Shown: positions 62,998-64,000 of the stretch, piece after piece
Position numbering within the stretch: the stretch's first letter is position 1
Layout: every line of letters starts with the position of its first letter
NCBI GenBank assembly: GCA_963829055.1
Contig: CAWHHI010000004.1
Span: 867,433-931,432, forward strand
Source: an uncultured Gemmatimonadaceae bacterium
GTDB taxonomy: Bacteria > Gemmatimonadota > Gemmatimonadetes > Gemmatimonadales > Gemmatimonadaceae
Length of the DNA: 64,000 nucleotides
Direction of reading: 5' to 3'
Made by a program: the position numbers and the translations under genes
Notes under the pieces: generated by a model
Seen by the model: the letters and a program-made list of their open reading frames with translations, nothing else
What the model was told of the DNA's origin: nothing
Databases searched by the model: none

Positions 62998-63376
62998 TCA
63001 GCGCTCGTGCGAGACCACGTCGGCCGGCAGCTCGATCGACGGGCAGTCGCGCCACAGCCGCTCGAGCGCGTAGAAGCTGCGCTCCTCCTCGTGCTGGACG
63101 TGCACGACCACGTCGCCGTAGTCGATGAGGACCCAGCGCCCGTCGCGCTGGCCCTCGCGGCGGATCGGCTTCGCGTCGATCTCGCGGAGCTTGTCCTCGA
63201 TCTCGTCGACGATCGCCTTCACCTGCCGCTCGTTGGTCGCGGAGGCGACGAGGAACGCGTCGGTGATCGCCAGCTGCTCCGAGACGTCGAAGGCGATGAT
63301 CTGCTGGGCCAGCTTGTCGCGCGGCCGCGCGGGCGGCGGTGTGGACGAGCTGGACGGCGTGGTCGGTGGCGGTCAT
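62998..63376 (-). CDS. rsfS: Ribosome silencing factor, frameshifted
   Basis: WVLIDYGDVVVH...FYALERLWRDCP. Lies downstream of nadD. Confidence 0.92.
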
Positions 63377-63997
63377 GTTGAGGCAGCTCCGGGGTGAGAG
63401 CTCGTGCTTGGCGATGTACTGGACGACGCCGTCCGGCACGAGGTACCAGGTCGGGCTCCCCTGGCGCTCCTTGCGCTGCGCGGCACTCGGTCGACGAGAT
63501 CGCCAGCGCCGGTACTTCGACCAGGGTGATCCGGTCGGATCGGGCAGGTTGTCCGGCGGCAGCTCGGGGGACCATCGGTCCCGGGGCGGGTACAGCCCAC
63601 GAACTGGGCCAGCGCGAACATCTCGTCCACGTTGCGCCAGGTGAGGATCTGTGCCGAGCGCGTCGGCGCCGGTGATGAAGTACAGCTCGGCCTCCGGGTG
63701 CGCGGCGGCCAGGTCGCGCAGCGTGTCGATCGTGTACGTCGGTCCGGTCCGGTCGATGTCGACCCGGCTGACACGAGAACCGGGGGTTCGCGGCGGTGGC
63801 GATCACCGTCATCAGGTACCGGTGCTCCGCCGGTGAGACCACCCGCTCGGACTTCTGCCAGGGCTCACCGGTCGGGCACGAAGATCGACCTCGTCGAGGT
63901 CGAACTACGCCTGCACCTCGCTCGCCGCGACGAGGTGGCCGTGGTGGATCGGGTCGAAGGTGCCACCCATCACCCCCACGCGGCGCGCCCGTGTCAT
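63373..63997 (-). CDS. nadD: Nicotinate-nucleotide adenylyltransferase, several frameshifts
   Basis: [53 protein letters not shown]. Confidence 0.9.
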
Positions 63998-64000
63998 GTT

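Overview
Positions 1 to ~58,880 are a high-GC diderm chromosome segment. Gene content and protein style suggest Gemmatimonadota (inference, no search run). In order it carries: an EAL protein, waaA, a DsbA-like gene, a ~12 kb operon resembling the myxobacterial Agl-Glt core (two YjbH-like outer-membrane proteins, two TPR proteins, GltF-like, TolQ/ExbB, two ExbD, GltG/TonB-like), TPM/nucleotidyltransferase/LemA genes, two tandem SusC/SusD pairs, an M23 peptidase, metG, ricT/yaaT, accA, dnaE, secreted Zn-peptidases, a UvrD helicase, the lipA-pdhABC-lpdA-lipB cluster and thiO. At ~58,880 the sequence switches mid-gene to Actinobacteria-like DNA (ferric reductase/FMN-binding/ApbE, TylF methyltransferase, tRNA-Ala, carbonic anhydrase, rsfS, nadD), most likely an assembly chimera. 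About 20 genes, some essential, have single-base frameshifts consistent with unpolished long reads. The most striking unexplained signal is a non-palindromic motif, (C)GTTAGG(C)/(G)CCTAAC(G). By eye it occurs about 48 times in the first 58.9 kb, on both strands, mostly inside genes through otherwise rare TTA/CTA codons. It is gained or lost between paralogs with amino-acid changes, and I saw none after the junction. All counts and family calls are by eye.
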